DNA from: Lingula anatina
Lineage: Eukaryota; Animalia; Brachiopoda
NCBI GenBank assembly: GCA_051362555.1
Contig: CM120640.1
Coordinates: forward strand, 25,406,225-25,470,224
DNA: 64,000 nt
Reading direction: 5' to 3'
Both the position numbers and the translations under genes were made by a program. Positions 25,188 through 35,952 of the stretch are shown here, one piece after another; position 1 is the stretch's first letter, and each line of letters starts with the position of its first letter. The notes under the pieces were generated by a model that searched no databases, was not told the origin of the DNA, and saw nothing but the letters and a program-made list of their open reading frames with translations.

Positions 25188-26870
25188 TTAAAGTTTGTTT
25201 GGACTGGTAATTTTAGTATCAGCTGTATCCATGACTGCTGGAAATGGCGGATGACTCATAGCCATGTGTTGCCGCAGTTCTTTCACTGTACGAAACTTTT
25301 TCTTACACACTGGGCAGAGAGTCTGTGTGTTCCCAGTGTGGATACGTTCATGTCTTTTCACATTGCAGCGATCATTGAAGCGTTTATTACAAAACGAACA
25401 TACAAATGGTTTCTCCCCAGTGTGGGTGCGGATATGAGTAACAAGGCCACTGGTGGTGCAGAAATATTTACCACATATGGGACAGTTGTGTTTTTTCACA
25501 CTCCTTCCCCTGTTGTTGGAGAATGATGCTACCCTAGGCTGATTTATCCCTATACTGAGCACACTGCTGGATCTGGAAGCAGAACTAATGCCACTAGACT
25601 TAAATTTAGTTTTAGTTTGGATTGCACTGGTTTGCTGCTCTTGTTGTTGTTGCTTTGGTGTCTGAACTTGCTGTTTTTGTACAAGTTGTTGCTGCTGCTG
25701 CTGTTGCACAGAAGGAGGAGGAGTCTTTGGCCTGTGCCAATTCGTTTGTCCAGCTACAGCATTGACTGGAGGTAAGTTTGTGTGCTGAGATGCATGCTGG
25801 ACATAATCATCATACGAGGATAAAGTCTGGCTACAAACACTGCACACATACTCATGGCACTCATTTCTTTTATTGGGATCACAAAGCTCTAGTTGCCTGG
25901 TGAACTTGTTACCGCTGCTGGCAATGTGCTGGGGGGTATCCTCTTGTGGACTCCTGTGAGGGACTGAAAAGTGGTGCTCACTTACTACAGGGTTTGTGTA
26001 GGCTTCAACATCAAGGAGGGACATAGGACGGGTAGGGGAGGCAATACTGTGCTGAACACTAGGTGGTGGTACTGGAATTTGCTGAACTGCTGGGATCTGT
26101 GAGTATACTCCAGTTATTCCCATTAATGAAAGTTCCTTTTGAGATGGAGGGACATCCACACGACTAGATTTTGCATGATCATTTGATGGAGATTTAGCAC
26201 CCATGTAAAATACCTGATATCTTGAAGGTGTTACTGATGAGGTGTCTCGGCCAGTTTCTTTTTCAATGACCACAACGTCATCATCTTCATCATCAGAACA
26301 AACCTCTTGTTTTACAGTGATATCCACTGAAGTCTCACTTTCACTGTTGTCATTAGCACCAGTTGTGTTTCTTTTTTCTATAACATCAGGAGACAAAAAC
26401 ACAGGAGTTCCACTCTGAGTTGCCTTATTTTGTTTCTGCTGTTGATTCTTAACAGTCATACCTGCATTGTGTTTACTGACATGGTGACCTTTGCGTTGGT
26501 CTAGGTTTGACCGCAGATGACCAGTCCCCATGTCCACTGTGATGTGGTCAGCCTGGTTGGGGGTACTCCTCTCCATTATATAGTCATAGTAAACATTGCA
26601 GACCTCTGCCAGAATACCAGCATATATCTCACTGTCTTGGCTGGCCAATGACTTCAGCTCCACATCTTTCAGTATCATGAGTAGAAATGCTTTGAGGGAG
26701 ACATAGGTTGAGGTGACATTTTCACTCACTAAATTACACTGTGCTAGCACCTTTAATGCTGTCTGGCCCTCAGAGAAGGAACCACTGGAACAGAGGAGGG
26801 AGTTCTTGCTGGTATCTACATATGGCACACCTTGAATGAGCAAGCAGTCAACCTCCATCATACTGTACAT
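25188..26870 (-). CDS. C2H2 zinc-finger protein (one isolated finger plus three C-terminal fingers, Q-rich tract, unassigned N-terminal domain)
   Basis: 560-aa ORF in one exon, with acceptor AG directly before the ATG. CSVC...HASQH; CPICGK...HIRTH-TGEKPF-CSFC...HERIH-TG...CPVC...HMAMSH; VKQE SUMO-like site followed by acidic DDVVVIE (SIM-like). Probable upstream leader exon with donor at about 27916. Confidence 0.9.
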   Translation of the reverse strand: MYSMMEVDCLLIQGVPYVDTSKNSLLCSSGSFSEGQTALKVLAQCNLVSENVTSTYVSLKAFLLMILKDVELKSLASQDSEIYAGILAEVCNVYYDYIMERSTPNQADHITVDMGTGHLRSNLDQRKGHHVSKHNAGMTVKNQQQKQNKATQSGTPVFLSPDVIEKRNTTGANDNSESETSVDITVKQEVCSDDEDDDVVVIEKETGRDTSSVTPSRYQVFYMGAKSPSNDHAKSSRVDVPPSQKELSLMGITGVYSQIPAVQQIPVPPPSVQHSIASPTRPMSLLDVEAYTNPVVSEHHFSVPHRSPQEDTPQHIASSGNKFTRQLELCDPNKRNECHEYVCSVCSQTLSSYDDYVQHASQHTNLPPVNAVAGQTNWHRPKTPPPSVQQQQQQQLVQKQQVQTPKQQQQEQQTSAIQTKTKFKSSGISSASRSSSVLSIGINQPRVASFSNNRGRSVKKHNCPICGKYFCTTSGLVTHIRTHTGEKPFVCSFCNKRFNDRCNVKRHERIHTGNTQTLCPVCKKKFRTVKELRQHMAMSHPPFPAVMDTADTKITSPNKL

Positions 26871-27005
26871 CTAAAATCAACAAAATGAAAAAATTGTGAT
26901 TAACACTATGCAGCATTGTACTACCCTGAGTATCAGGGCACTAAAAAGCTAGCTTGCTCATTATACCTTTCCCTGTGGATTATATAAGAAATCAATATCG
27001 AGCTG

Positions 27006-27172
27006 CAGGCCCATAGCCAGGGGGGTTCGGGGGGTTCGAAAGAACCCCCCTTTTTGCTGGAAAAAGGTCCACTCTGGGTAAAATTTGACCTAGGTACATG
27101 GGAATTATATGGTAAAAGGTCCACTTTTTCAGAAAAAGAACCCCCCCTTTGAAATTGCTGGCTACGGGCCTG
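27006..27172. mobile_element. 167-bp MITE with CAGGCCC TIRs and 5-bp TSD (hAT-like)
   Basis: caggcccatagccag ... ctggctacgggcctg flanked by AGCTG on both sides (27001-05, 27173-77); internal ggggttcg/gaacccc and aaaaggtccac repeats. Confidence 0.9.
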
Positions 27173-28022
27173 AGCTGGCAATACCAAAGTCTAGAACCTA
27201 GGATGCATTTTGCATCTGTCACTGTCTAGACACATTGTCATACAAACTGTAAGTCAGACAGAAGGCCCACTCTTAAAATTATTTACTTATTAATATTTAT
27301 GAAGTGTGTGTGTGTTATCTATTTTCTTTTTAAATATCCTGTTGATGGGCCCATTTTAACAGTTAAGATATATTACTTGATTCTTTGAAAGCATATATGC
27401 TGGGAAATTGTTTCTGGCACCAAGACATTTTGTCACCAATACGTAAAATAAATAAATAGAATAATTTCAAAAATAAATTTAAAAATCACATGACAATCCC
27501 CTTTAATTTATTTGGCATTAAGCACTAATGAAATGCAGCTGTACATTTTTCTTAACCATTTACTTAAAAAAAATGTGCAATGCTCATATTGTAGATGGAG
27601 TTGCAGGAGACGGGCTTGATAATTGGGCTCTAACTGGTAAGGGAAAATCAGGCCATTAAAGCAAGCCCAAACTAGAATAATCCTAGCAGATGAGCTACTA
27701 ATTTTTTTGTGGTTTATACACAAAATTATTGGAAACATGGATATCTCAGTTATATATCGGTCAGTACAGCTAGCCACCACAACTACACGTAAATACATTG
27801 CGCGAGAAACGAAGAGCGGCCCTCTGCATGTAATTCAGCAAGTGCCAACGCACCAGACCCGCGTGCTGTTACTGTTGCATACTGCAATTAATAGAAGTAA
27901 CATAACATACTCATTACCTGGTCGACTTGCCTATTTTTTCATTGGGAAGCCTGTGGCAGAGCAGCCAGAAAACCCGAAAATGATATAAAATAACAAAGAA
28001 GATTTTAAGGTCAAGGTCAAAA

Positions 28023-28035
28023 TGCCATCTAGTGG
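28023..28035 (-). promoter_or_regulatory. CTCF-like core motif
   Basis: Minus strand CCACTAGATGGCA fits CCASYAGRKGGCR; adjacent perfect DR0 AGGTCAAGGTCA at 28008-28019. Confidence 0.45.
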
Positions 28036-28499
28036 TGGGTACTTTTTCAAGAAAAGCCAGCTCCTCACATTCTATATCTGTCAATCCCGCATAGACTGCT
28101 GACATGTCGATCAGCCATTGCATCTAAAAGCCACCCACAACATCACAAAGTACACGATAAAATTGCCATCAGTTTTAAAAAGCACTAATAATCAGCATTT
28201 TAACGAAAAAGATTAACGTTAACTTTGGGAAATAGCAGAACAGCTCTCAAAATAAAGCTCCGCTTACACTAACAGAAATAGGCCTACTCATCGGTTATGA
28301 GATGCCATGCAACTTTCAACTATTCCTATTTTTACAACGAACTATTCGCCCTCATTTCATAGTTTGTCAGCTGAGAAATATGCCTACCAGAGATATGTAT
28401 TTTTAGATGGCAAATTTATAGTGGGATGGATAGTGAAACGGATCGACCATAAAAAGTTCATTCCCCAGAATCATGTCACCTCTACAACAATGTACACTG

Positions 28500-29116
28500 C
28501 ACTGAGAATAAAATCGGAGTCCAAGTGACTTCAAACTTGGAGTCCAGCAGTGGTGCCTAAAATAAATCCCAACTGGAGTCAAGTTGACTCCGATGGGACA
28601 CGCCGTCCCAGGCCCCACAGAACTGACTCCATTCAACACATCCCTTCATCCCTTGATTTATCTCTACAAAAGAGTCACCATGACCCCATATTAAGGAATT
28701 TTAAACTTTTTGGCACATTATGAAAAAAAAAACAAAAAAAAAACAACAACAACAACGGAAAACCACTTGTTCATGCATAATACCAAATATGTCCAATAAA
28801 GTAATGTTTATAGCCTACTTACAAAGGATGATGAAAACTGTTTTCTTCACGCCGTCTGCTCACTGCCATCACAATGGCTGAAACGAGGCTTACTGTCCAG
28901 CGAGCAAAAAGAGTCGGTGAAAGGGATCAGGCAGACTCTGGCCCCGGTAATTTGACTCCATGAGAGCCAGGGGGTGATTGACTATGATAAGAGAATCTAA
29001 AGACTCTGGTAGTGGGGTAATTTGACCCTTATATAGGAGTCAAATTAACTCTATGAGGGTCAAGGGGTGCTGGACTCTGACTAGAGAGTCAAATGACTCC
29101 AATTTTATTCTCAGTG
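28500..29116. mobile_element. Non-autonomous CACTA/EnSpm(CMC)-like DNA transposon, 617 bp
   Basis: TIRs cactgagaataaaat(c)ggagtc ... gactccaattttattctcagtg, 2-bp TSD TG (28498-99, 29117-18), many subterminal GAGTC/GACTC repeats, no transposase ORF. Confidence 0.8.
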
Positions 29117-29303
29117 TGACGTTTCTTTCGATGACTTCACCTTAAACACAATTCGATTTTAAAATCGCGCGGGGCCCTGAGCATATGCCATAAACGTTAG
29201 TTCAGTCTTTCCTCACGTTGTGGTTTAGAACCTGTAAAAACGACCTAGCCCGTGCTGAACCAGTCCGTACCACCCGTTTTGTTTTGGAAAAGGACTGGGG
29301 TGA

Positions 29304-29312
29304 ACTATAGCC

Positions 29313-29389
<77 letters not shown>

Positions 29390-29402
29390 TATAGCCTGCA
29401 TA
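29304..29402. repeat. (TA)n run bracketed by a 15-bp direct duplication
   Basis: ACTATAGCCTGCATA at 29304-29318 and 29388-29402 on either side of a pure TA run. Confidence 0.85.
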
Positions 29403-30133
29403 GTTTAATTATTCTAATTTTGAGTAGGAATAAGCCAAATATCGCGGAACAGTTGCCACAGAACTGAATAAATTATGATACCAAGCATGGATATATTATG
29501 GCAGACGACCACAGAGAGCTGATTAGCAAAATTTTGAAAAAAAAAGTGCGAAATGAATTAGTAGCGTCTAACGTTATTATATTGGACGCACTAGAATTGA
29601 TATGCTATGAACAAAAAGAAGCCTTGTTATTAAAGAAATCTTCTACCATGGTGCCCGAACCTCGCACCTACACTGAAGAAACAAAACCTTTTTTTCAATA
29701 AATTCGTCTGATATTCAATGTAAAATTTATGCTGCATTCGAGTCATCGTTTTATTTCATACGAAGGACTTTATTTCAGGTGATATGCAAATACATTTCAT
29801 GCATAATTGTAAACTTATATTAAGTGTTAATTTTTTTAATTAAGATCTATGAGTCTAGATGTGCATCTTTTTGTGTTCAGATGAAAATTTAGCATTTAGT
29901 CTCAAGACTGGTGACAGGCATAGCCATTGACATATGTATAAGAACTAGCACTTATAAAATACCTTCATTTTGCCAGACAAGATATAATTCTTCAGTACAT
30001 AACCAAAGTATTACAATATAATATTACAAATTGAAAGATTGCAATGAATTCTATTAATTATGAATTATCCGAATCATTATCAAATAAATGTCAAAATGCT
30101 TAAACCGTCATTAAAGATCCAAGGTCAATATTG

Positions 30134-31363
30134 TCAATTATTGCCACATTTCACTTCCGGGCAGCACGTGTTCGGCTTTGTCACCAAAGTGCATAGTGGA
30201 CCAGGATTGAAGCGAGGACACCTAAAATGAAGTAATTGTCAAAGTATGGGCTATTGGGATAGACTGTAATTTATTATACTTCTGTTAACTTGTGACATCG
30301 ATATCAACGTTCTGAATGTTTTTACAGCGTGGATTTTCTTTTAGCGTACGGCAATATTCAAAAAGAGCACAGCATCTTATAGAAAAGTAAGCGTGTATTG
30401 CATGCAAAGTACGTATACGTGGTTTTTGATCAAGGACAAATTACAATGACTCTCCCCTCTCGACACAAATTGACTTTGTTTTAGGTAGAAAAACAGATTA
30501 TTTCTTTTAAGAATACAACAATAAGACTGATATTTGTAATGCATACCTGTCCATACATCTCATCCAATTTCTGACCCCATTGACACACACACATACATAG
30601 CTGCAGCCGTCTTGCCAGCTGGCCCCTTGTTTGTAATCTTCGCCTTTGTACTCGCAGGTCGCTGAAATAACCAATATTCTTAATTGTCTGTAGTTTTTGG
30701 TACTTTTTTTGCTCAACCTTACCCAGAAATTTCACCTTATAATTTTGAACATATGATACTTTTTTCAATAAGTAAGGAACCTCACTTTTTTGTTAACAAA
30801 AACGTGCTGATGGAAGGGCCTATAAAATGATCATCTTGCAGTCACAACAGAACTTTTGTGAGAGGAAGGGCACTTGGATAATAGTAGTTTACAACTTAAA
30901 GTATGCAACCAACTTTTAACTATTTATTTTTTCTAAAATAATTACGCACTTTTATACACTCCTCCGACCCCAGGTATTCTTGTTGTTTTGGGGACAATCA
31001 TCACTGGAGATGGAGTGGAAGGCAGACCTTCGAAAGGTTCGTCGACTTCGACAGGGAGGACAAGTTTACTGTCAACTCTCTTTTTCGGCGGTGGAGGCGG
31101 GGCAGGTTCGTCATGCTGTGGAAGTGGCAGCCTAGTTGTGGAAAAGAGGCTGAATTCTCTCATCACGTCATCCGGAGCATTTATCTTGACAGCTATCTTG
31201 TGATCAGGTTCCACTGGGAGTTGTGGCGACATCCCGTCAGCGCCCCAATGGTAGACAGGGAGAGGCGGTTTGACGGGTGTATCTTTTGGGAGTGGCGGAG
31301 CCTCCTGTGTTCTGATTCCTTTGAAATACACACCACAATATCAACTTAAGATTTAAAATATAC

Positions 31364-31404
<41 letters not shown>

Positions 31405-32250
31405 GAGAGAGAGAGAGAGAGATGTGAAAATTTATTTTGGACCGAAAGTTTGCTTTCCAGGGTGATTGTGGTTGGAGGATCAGTGGGTCCCGTAAACAGT
31501 GATAGGGCCTTACACATATTTTTGCACGGTTGATTTCATCATCTATATAAATAACCCCACTCTTTCCGTAAATGTTGGAAATAAATACTATGACGGTGCC
31601 AATTTCTTTTTAAAGAATTGTTCGAAAAAATAATTTAATTATTAAGAATTTTTTAGTTAAATTTATTAAGCCGGATGTACAAAATGGACAGCATCGGCGC
31701 AATTTTTCATTGCCTTCTCCACGAAATAGAGGTGGGTACAGGGTTCCGCACCATACTTGTTGGCAAAGTTCTCAGATTCGTGTCTCCACGGAGGCAGTGG
31801 GATGTACGGGCGTTATTTCATTTTTGTAAATAGTGAATTAATAAATAATATAAAACTCCCCTAGGCTTTCCTAACCTCAATTCTTACGCTCTTCCACTTT
31901 GTCGTAACAAATTATGGCTATGGTTTTTATCTTCTGTGCTTAATGTAGATCCTGTTGTTACCATTTAATTTGATACTATCAACACCGAAAATTTAAACTT
32001 ACCTTCCTTAGCTGCAAAAGAATATCAAACTATTTATTTTAAGAAATGCAAGAACCTTATTCTTATTTTTATTTTTCCAATTAAAACTCTCAAGTCTACA
32101 GGTAGACGAAATTTTGCAGAAATAACGGAGCCTACAATTTCAGTTCAAAACTTTGGTGTGTATGAAATCTGTGTCCTTACCTGGCAAACATCTGCAATTT
32201 ACAAATAAACATGCGAAAGCAACAAATCCGACCAGGATTTTTCCCGACAT
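30134..32250 (-). CDS. Secreted proline-rich protein with a single C-terminal VWC domain (about 216 aa)
   Basis: Exons 32250-32181 (signal peptide MSGKILVGFVAFACLFVNCRCLP), 32011-32003 (9 nt), 31318-30950 (Pro-rich), 30661-30547, 30221-30134 sum to 651 nt. VWC pattern CEYKG..Y..G..WQDGCSYVCVC...C.DRCP......C........CCPEVKC. Confidence 0.8.
31368..31422. repeat. Compound (CA)n(GA)n microsatellite
   Basis: Direct reading. Confidence 0.9.
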
Positions 32251-34064
32251 CTTGGAAGACAATGCCGTGCTCAGTCGGTTAAGTAACAGAGCGGCTTTAA
32301 GGCTGAAGACCCTCGAGGACCTTTTTATAAAACGTCATTTCCAGTGGATTACTTCTCGTTTGTACTTTTAATCAAGCTTTAATGTTACAAGATTCGTTAA
32401 TACCACGGAGGACTTAATGTGTGTTAACTCTCGAGCGTAAGACCAATTTAATTTTCTGTGAGTAATGGTTAAACCATCTGCACATAGCTTCAACGAAACG
32501 ACGTGGTATTTGAAATTGCAGGATTACTTCCAAAAATAAAGGGCTTAATCCAAAGATTGACAGATAAAAGTAATGATTGAAGATTTATTTTTCGTGATAT
32601 GTAAAACACAAGACGTCATATTACCACAGACCAAATCTCTGTCATCAAATTCGGTGTCTAATTATGTTGCAAAATCAAAAATTCATTTCTATTCACCCTA
32701 GAAACTGAATCCTGCGTAAACATCCTCCCGGGTATCAATCAATCTATCGATCTATCAATCTCTCTGGCGACATTTGTTTACAAGCCAGTTGCCGCCGAAC
32801 GCGGCTTATCTCGTAAATGCTGCTCTATCTTTAATTTTCGCATAATTTTAGAATAAGTCTCTGTGTTGGTCAATGGGCCAGCTGGATTTTGAGGTATTTT
32901 GGCTCAGATTAACCCCCTCAAATTATTTCAAATTGCCATTTTATAGGACCGTACTGTAGAGTTTAATGACGTAATGTAATAATTACTGCGATTGAATAGA
33001 ATTTCATATGATTTTACTTCATATCATTGTGTAATATAATACATGAACCTTTTAACTCAATAGATCCAGTGACATTCCTGTAGCGCAAATTAAAAAACCT
33101 TAATAAAATTAGTAAAGCCACATTTGGTGGTCTCTTAGAAGAGTCGCAACCTCTAGCCAGATGATTAAATTAGGCCTACTTTCACTTAGGATGGGGCAAC
33201 ATCACATGGAATTTCTCAAAAGTTGTCTGAATTATCGAAGAAAGGTGACCAGAAAAAATACTTGGGAGTGTAATCCAGAGAGACACTACAGTGGGACTCG
33301 TTTAGCTAAGAAACTACAATGTGTAATGACCAATGAGTGTCAATGAGTTATTTCCGTACACAAGGCAGATGATCCCAAAGTAGAAGTTGGGTCATGCATC
33401 ATGACACAAAATGAGGGTGTGAGCAGTTATACAAATGAGCAGAATAACAATTAATCATCCTTGTTTTAAGATAATGTTAAAAACTGTTGAAGCAATACTA
33501 TGCTGTCTATGCAATAATATTAAAAGTTTTTTTTCAATAATTACCGTGTTGAATTTTTTTAGATATTGATAAGGGAAGTAAGGTGTGTTTTTATCCATCT
33601 GTTACATGTTTTAAATATGTCATGTGAAGAACATTGAAACTCCCAAGGATAAACAACAGGATATGAAAAAAAAATGAAAATATTCACTCAAATATTGAAA
33701 CTCTTCATACCGAGATATGGTGGAAAATTTTAAAATTGAGTTAGGTAAAGGTTTTTGTGCAATATTTTAATGGATTTGAAATTGACATTTACTTTTAAAT
33801 AAGAACTATCAATACTCAATAAAGATCCTTTTAAATCTCTCTCAAACAATTCGACCCTTTGCCTTTAATGGTTTTAAACTGTGGATAACATAATTTATTT
33901 CACGTCAGTTTTCCAACAAGCACAACACTAGCCATAGCAGGCTAATATCACCGACAGAATGAAATAAATTAATGTGAAGTACTATAATAGTGATATAAAA
34001 TTTAAATAAATAAATAATTTATTTTTATATGCAGTTGTTTTACCTGAGAAAATATTAAAAGTAT

Positions 34065-34370
34065 TTAAGTGTTTAACACTATTTATTGTATAAAAGTGAG
34101 ATGTTGCCTTAGAGGCTACCTGAGATTTAAAACCAGAATGCCTTTTAGGCTATACATTTGCACACAATTCACATTTCCAGTTTGACTGGGGTGTCCAGTT
34201 TTGGACCATACCTTTAAAAGTGTCCAGATCTTTACAATTTTTCATTGATACTGGCAACATATTCCATAGTTTAGCACCACTGTAGGCTAATGAATTTAAT
34301 CCATAGCATTTTGTCCTGCAGTGCTTCTGAAGCAACTGATTTGAGTTCCTTAAGCTGTAAGGTGTGCTAT
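34065..34370 (-). mobile_element. 5'-truncated CR1/L2-group LINE fragment (ORF2 C-terminus plus 3' UTR)
   Basis: PYSLRNSNQL...TKCYGLNSLAYSGAKLWNMLP...DLDTFK...W.....CELC is the typical post-RT tail of CR1/L2-clade ORF2; minus-strand AATAAA at about 34082-34087; ends are approximate. Confidence 0.7.
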
Positions 34371-34680
34371 ACAGATAGACCTTCTGAATAAATCTGGTGG
34401 AACGATGAAAACAATTTTAAAATTCAGATATTTAGTATGTAAAATGTTTATGAATTAAGGCATGCAATGCCCATGTTGCTGAAATCAAGCGAAAATACGA
34501 GAAAAGACCTATTACAAGAAGCGATTTCAATTTTGTTTCAAAATATCGTAAATTTTTGATTGGAAACGTTATAATTGTATTATAACCTGCATCATGCTCT
34601 TGTTATTGCCATTCTTTATTCTAGTCATTTCTCTACAGCCTCCAACCAGCACACAAACACGATGACTATTTAGCCGTCAC

Positions 34681-35901
34681 ATGATCAGAATGATTTACAA
34701 AAACGGCCAATTTGACTGTAGTGAGTGGGCAGGTGAGAAGTGGTCCGGGACTTACCTGCTGGACAGAACGCAGAATATGACTGACTCCCGACATTTTTGT
34801 GGAATCATACCGAAGGTATATAATTGTATATTGTTCGAGAAATTAAGAGAAAAGAATCATCAGTTAGACAGTATGGCTAAGGAAAATTCATTTGTGTTCT
34901 CCCTAGTGATGAAACAATTAAATGAATGACCGTGGTTAAAAAGAACGACGTACTAAAAAATTACCACCTCGACGTTTGCATATTATAAGACATGGCAGTT
35001 ATTAAAAGTATTTTTCACTTCCATGGTGCACAAAGGTTCATCACAAGGACGTGACCCTGCTGCGTCTTCAGGTGAAGTCTGGCCAACTGTACAACCCGGT
35101 GTATGAGCCCGACGGTATGGAGGGCGTCGACAGAAGGATAGGAAAACACAGTGGTTCCTTTTCACTAGGCCCATCAAAAAGCATGGACACCATTTATGCC
35201 ATTATCTGAATATACAAAGTTAATATATATGCACATACAAATTGCATGTTCAGTCATTTTTTTTTAGATATTTTCCATGATTTATTGAAAATATAGGAAT
35301 TTCAATTAAATTTTTGATAAAGTGAAGAGTGACCTGAAAGATATCACTTTAACAAAATGTTGTTCTTGTTCGAATTTTTATTGAAAGAGTGCAGTAAGAT
35401 ATGTATAGTTATTGAAAGTTACTAACGTTTCAATTTATTTTTCAGGTCAAATGAGACAGTCTTATAAAAGACCCAGCAGATGCCAAGGCAACGCCCATCT
35501 GATTTTGATGGTTATTGTGTTGATTACAGTAATAATGCTGGTTGTAGGATATGGAACATACCATATAAGTACTGAACTTGACAAATATTTTCCTCTTACA
35601 CAGGCTTACAAATCAGACTGTTAAAATACATTTTTAATCCACATGTACAGATGCATGACACTAGCCATCCCAAATATTTTTAAACAATGTCAATTTAAAT
35701 ATATATATTACGTTTATTCACATTTCTTATATTCCAGTGATATATTTGACAAACCCAAGTCTTATACATTACTGAGTCAGAATTTTTTTTCAGTAAAAAA
35801 TGCCCATAACGGTGTTCAGGACAATCCTAAAAGTGAAAAATTGCAGCAAACTGGCGAGCCACGGCCAAGTATGTATATTAGTGCGCGCGCTTGTGTGTGT
35901 G

Positions 35902-35952
<51 letters not shown>

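Noticed and set aside
25251-25526. Plus-strand ORF antisense to the zinc fingers (similar antisense ORFs at 2689, 22161, 30988, 40075, 50513, 56535)
   Set aside because: Shadow ORFs of real coding exons on the opposite strand
28500-28521. CACTGAG terminus as a RAG/Transib RSS-like end
   Set aside because: TSD is 2 bp rather than 5 bp and there is no nonamer-like motif; CACTA/EnSpm-like fits better
28500-29116. Repeated GGAGTC/GACTCC motifs as a CRISPR-like array
   Set aside because: Eukaryotic context, repeats only 5-6 bp with irregular spacing, enclosed by TIRs, no cas genes
31440-31542. Possible extra exon of the VWC gene (acceptor at 31543-44)
   Set aside because: The candidate donors I checked give a frameshift or a TGA at the junction with the 31318 exon; the model is in frame without it
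35904-35950. Poly-G as a functional G-quadruplex
   Set aside because: Homopolymer length is unreliable and there is no independent evidence of function
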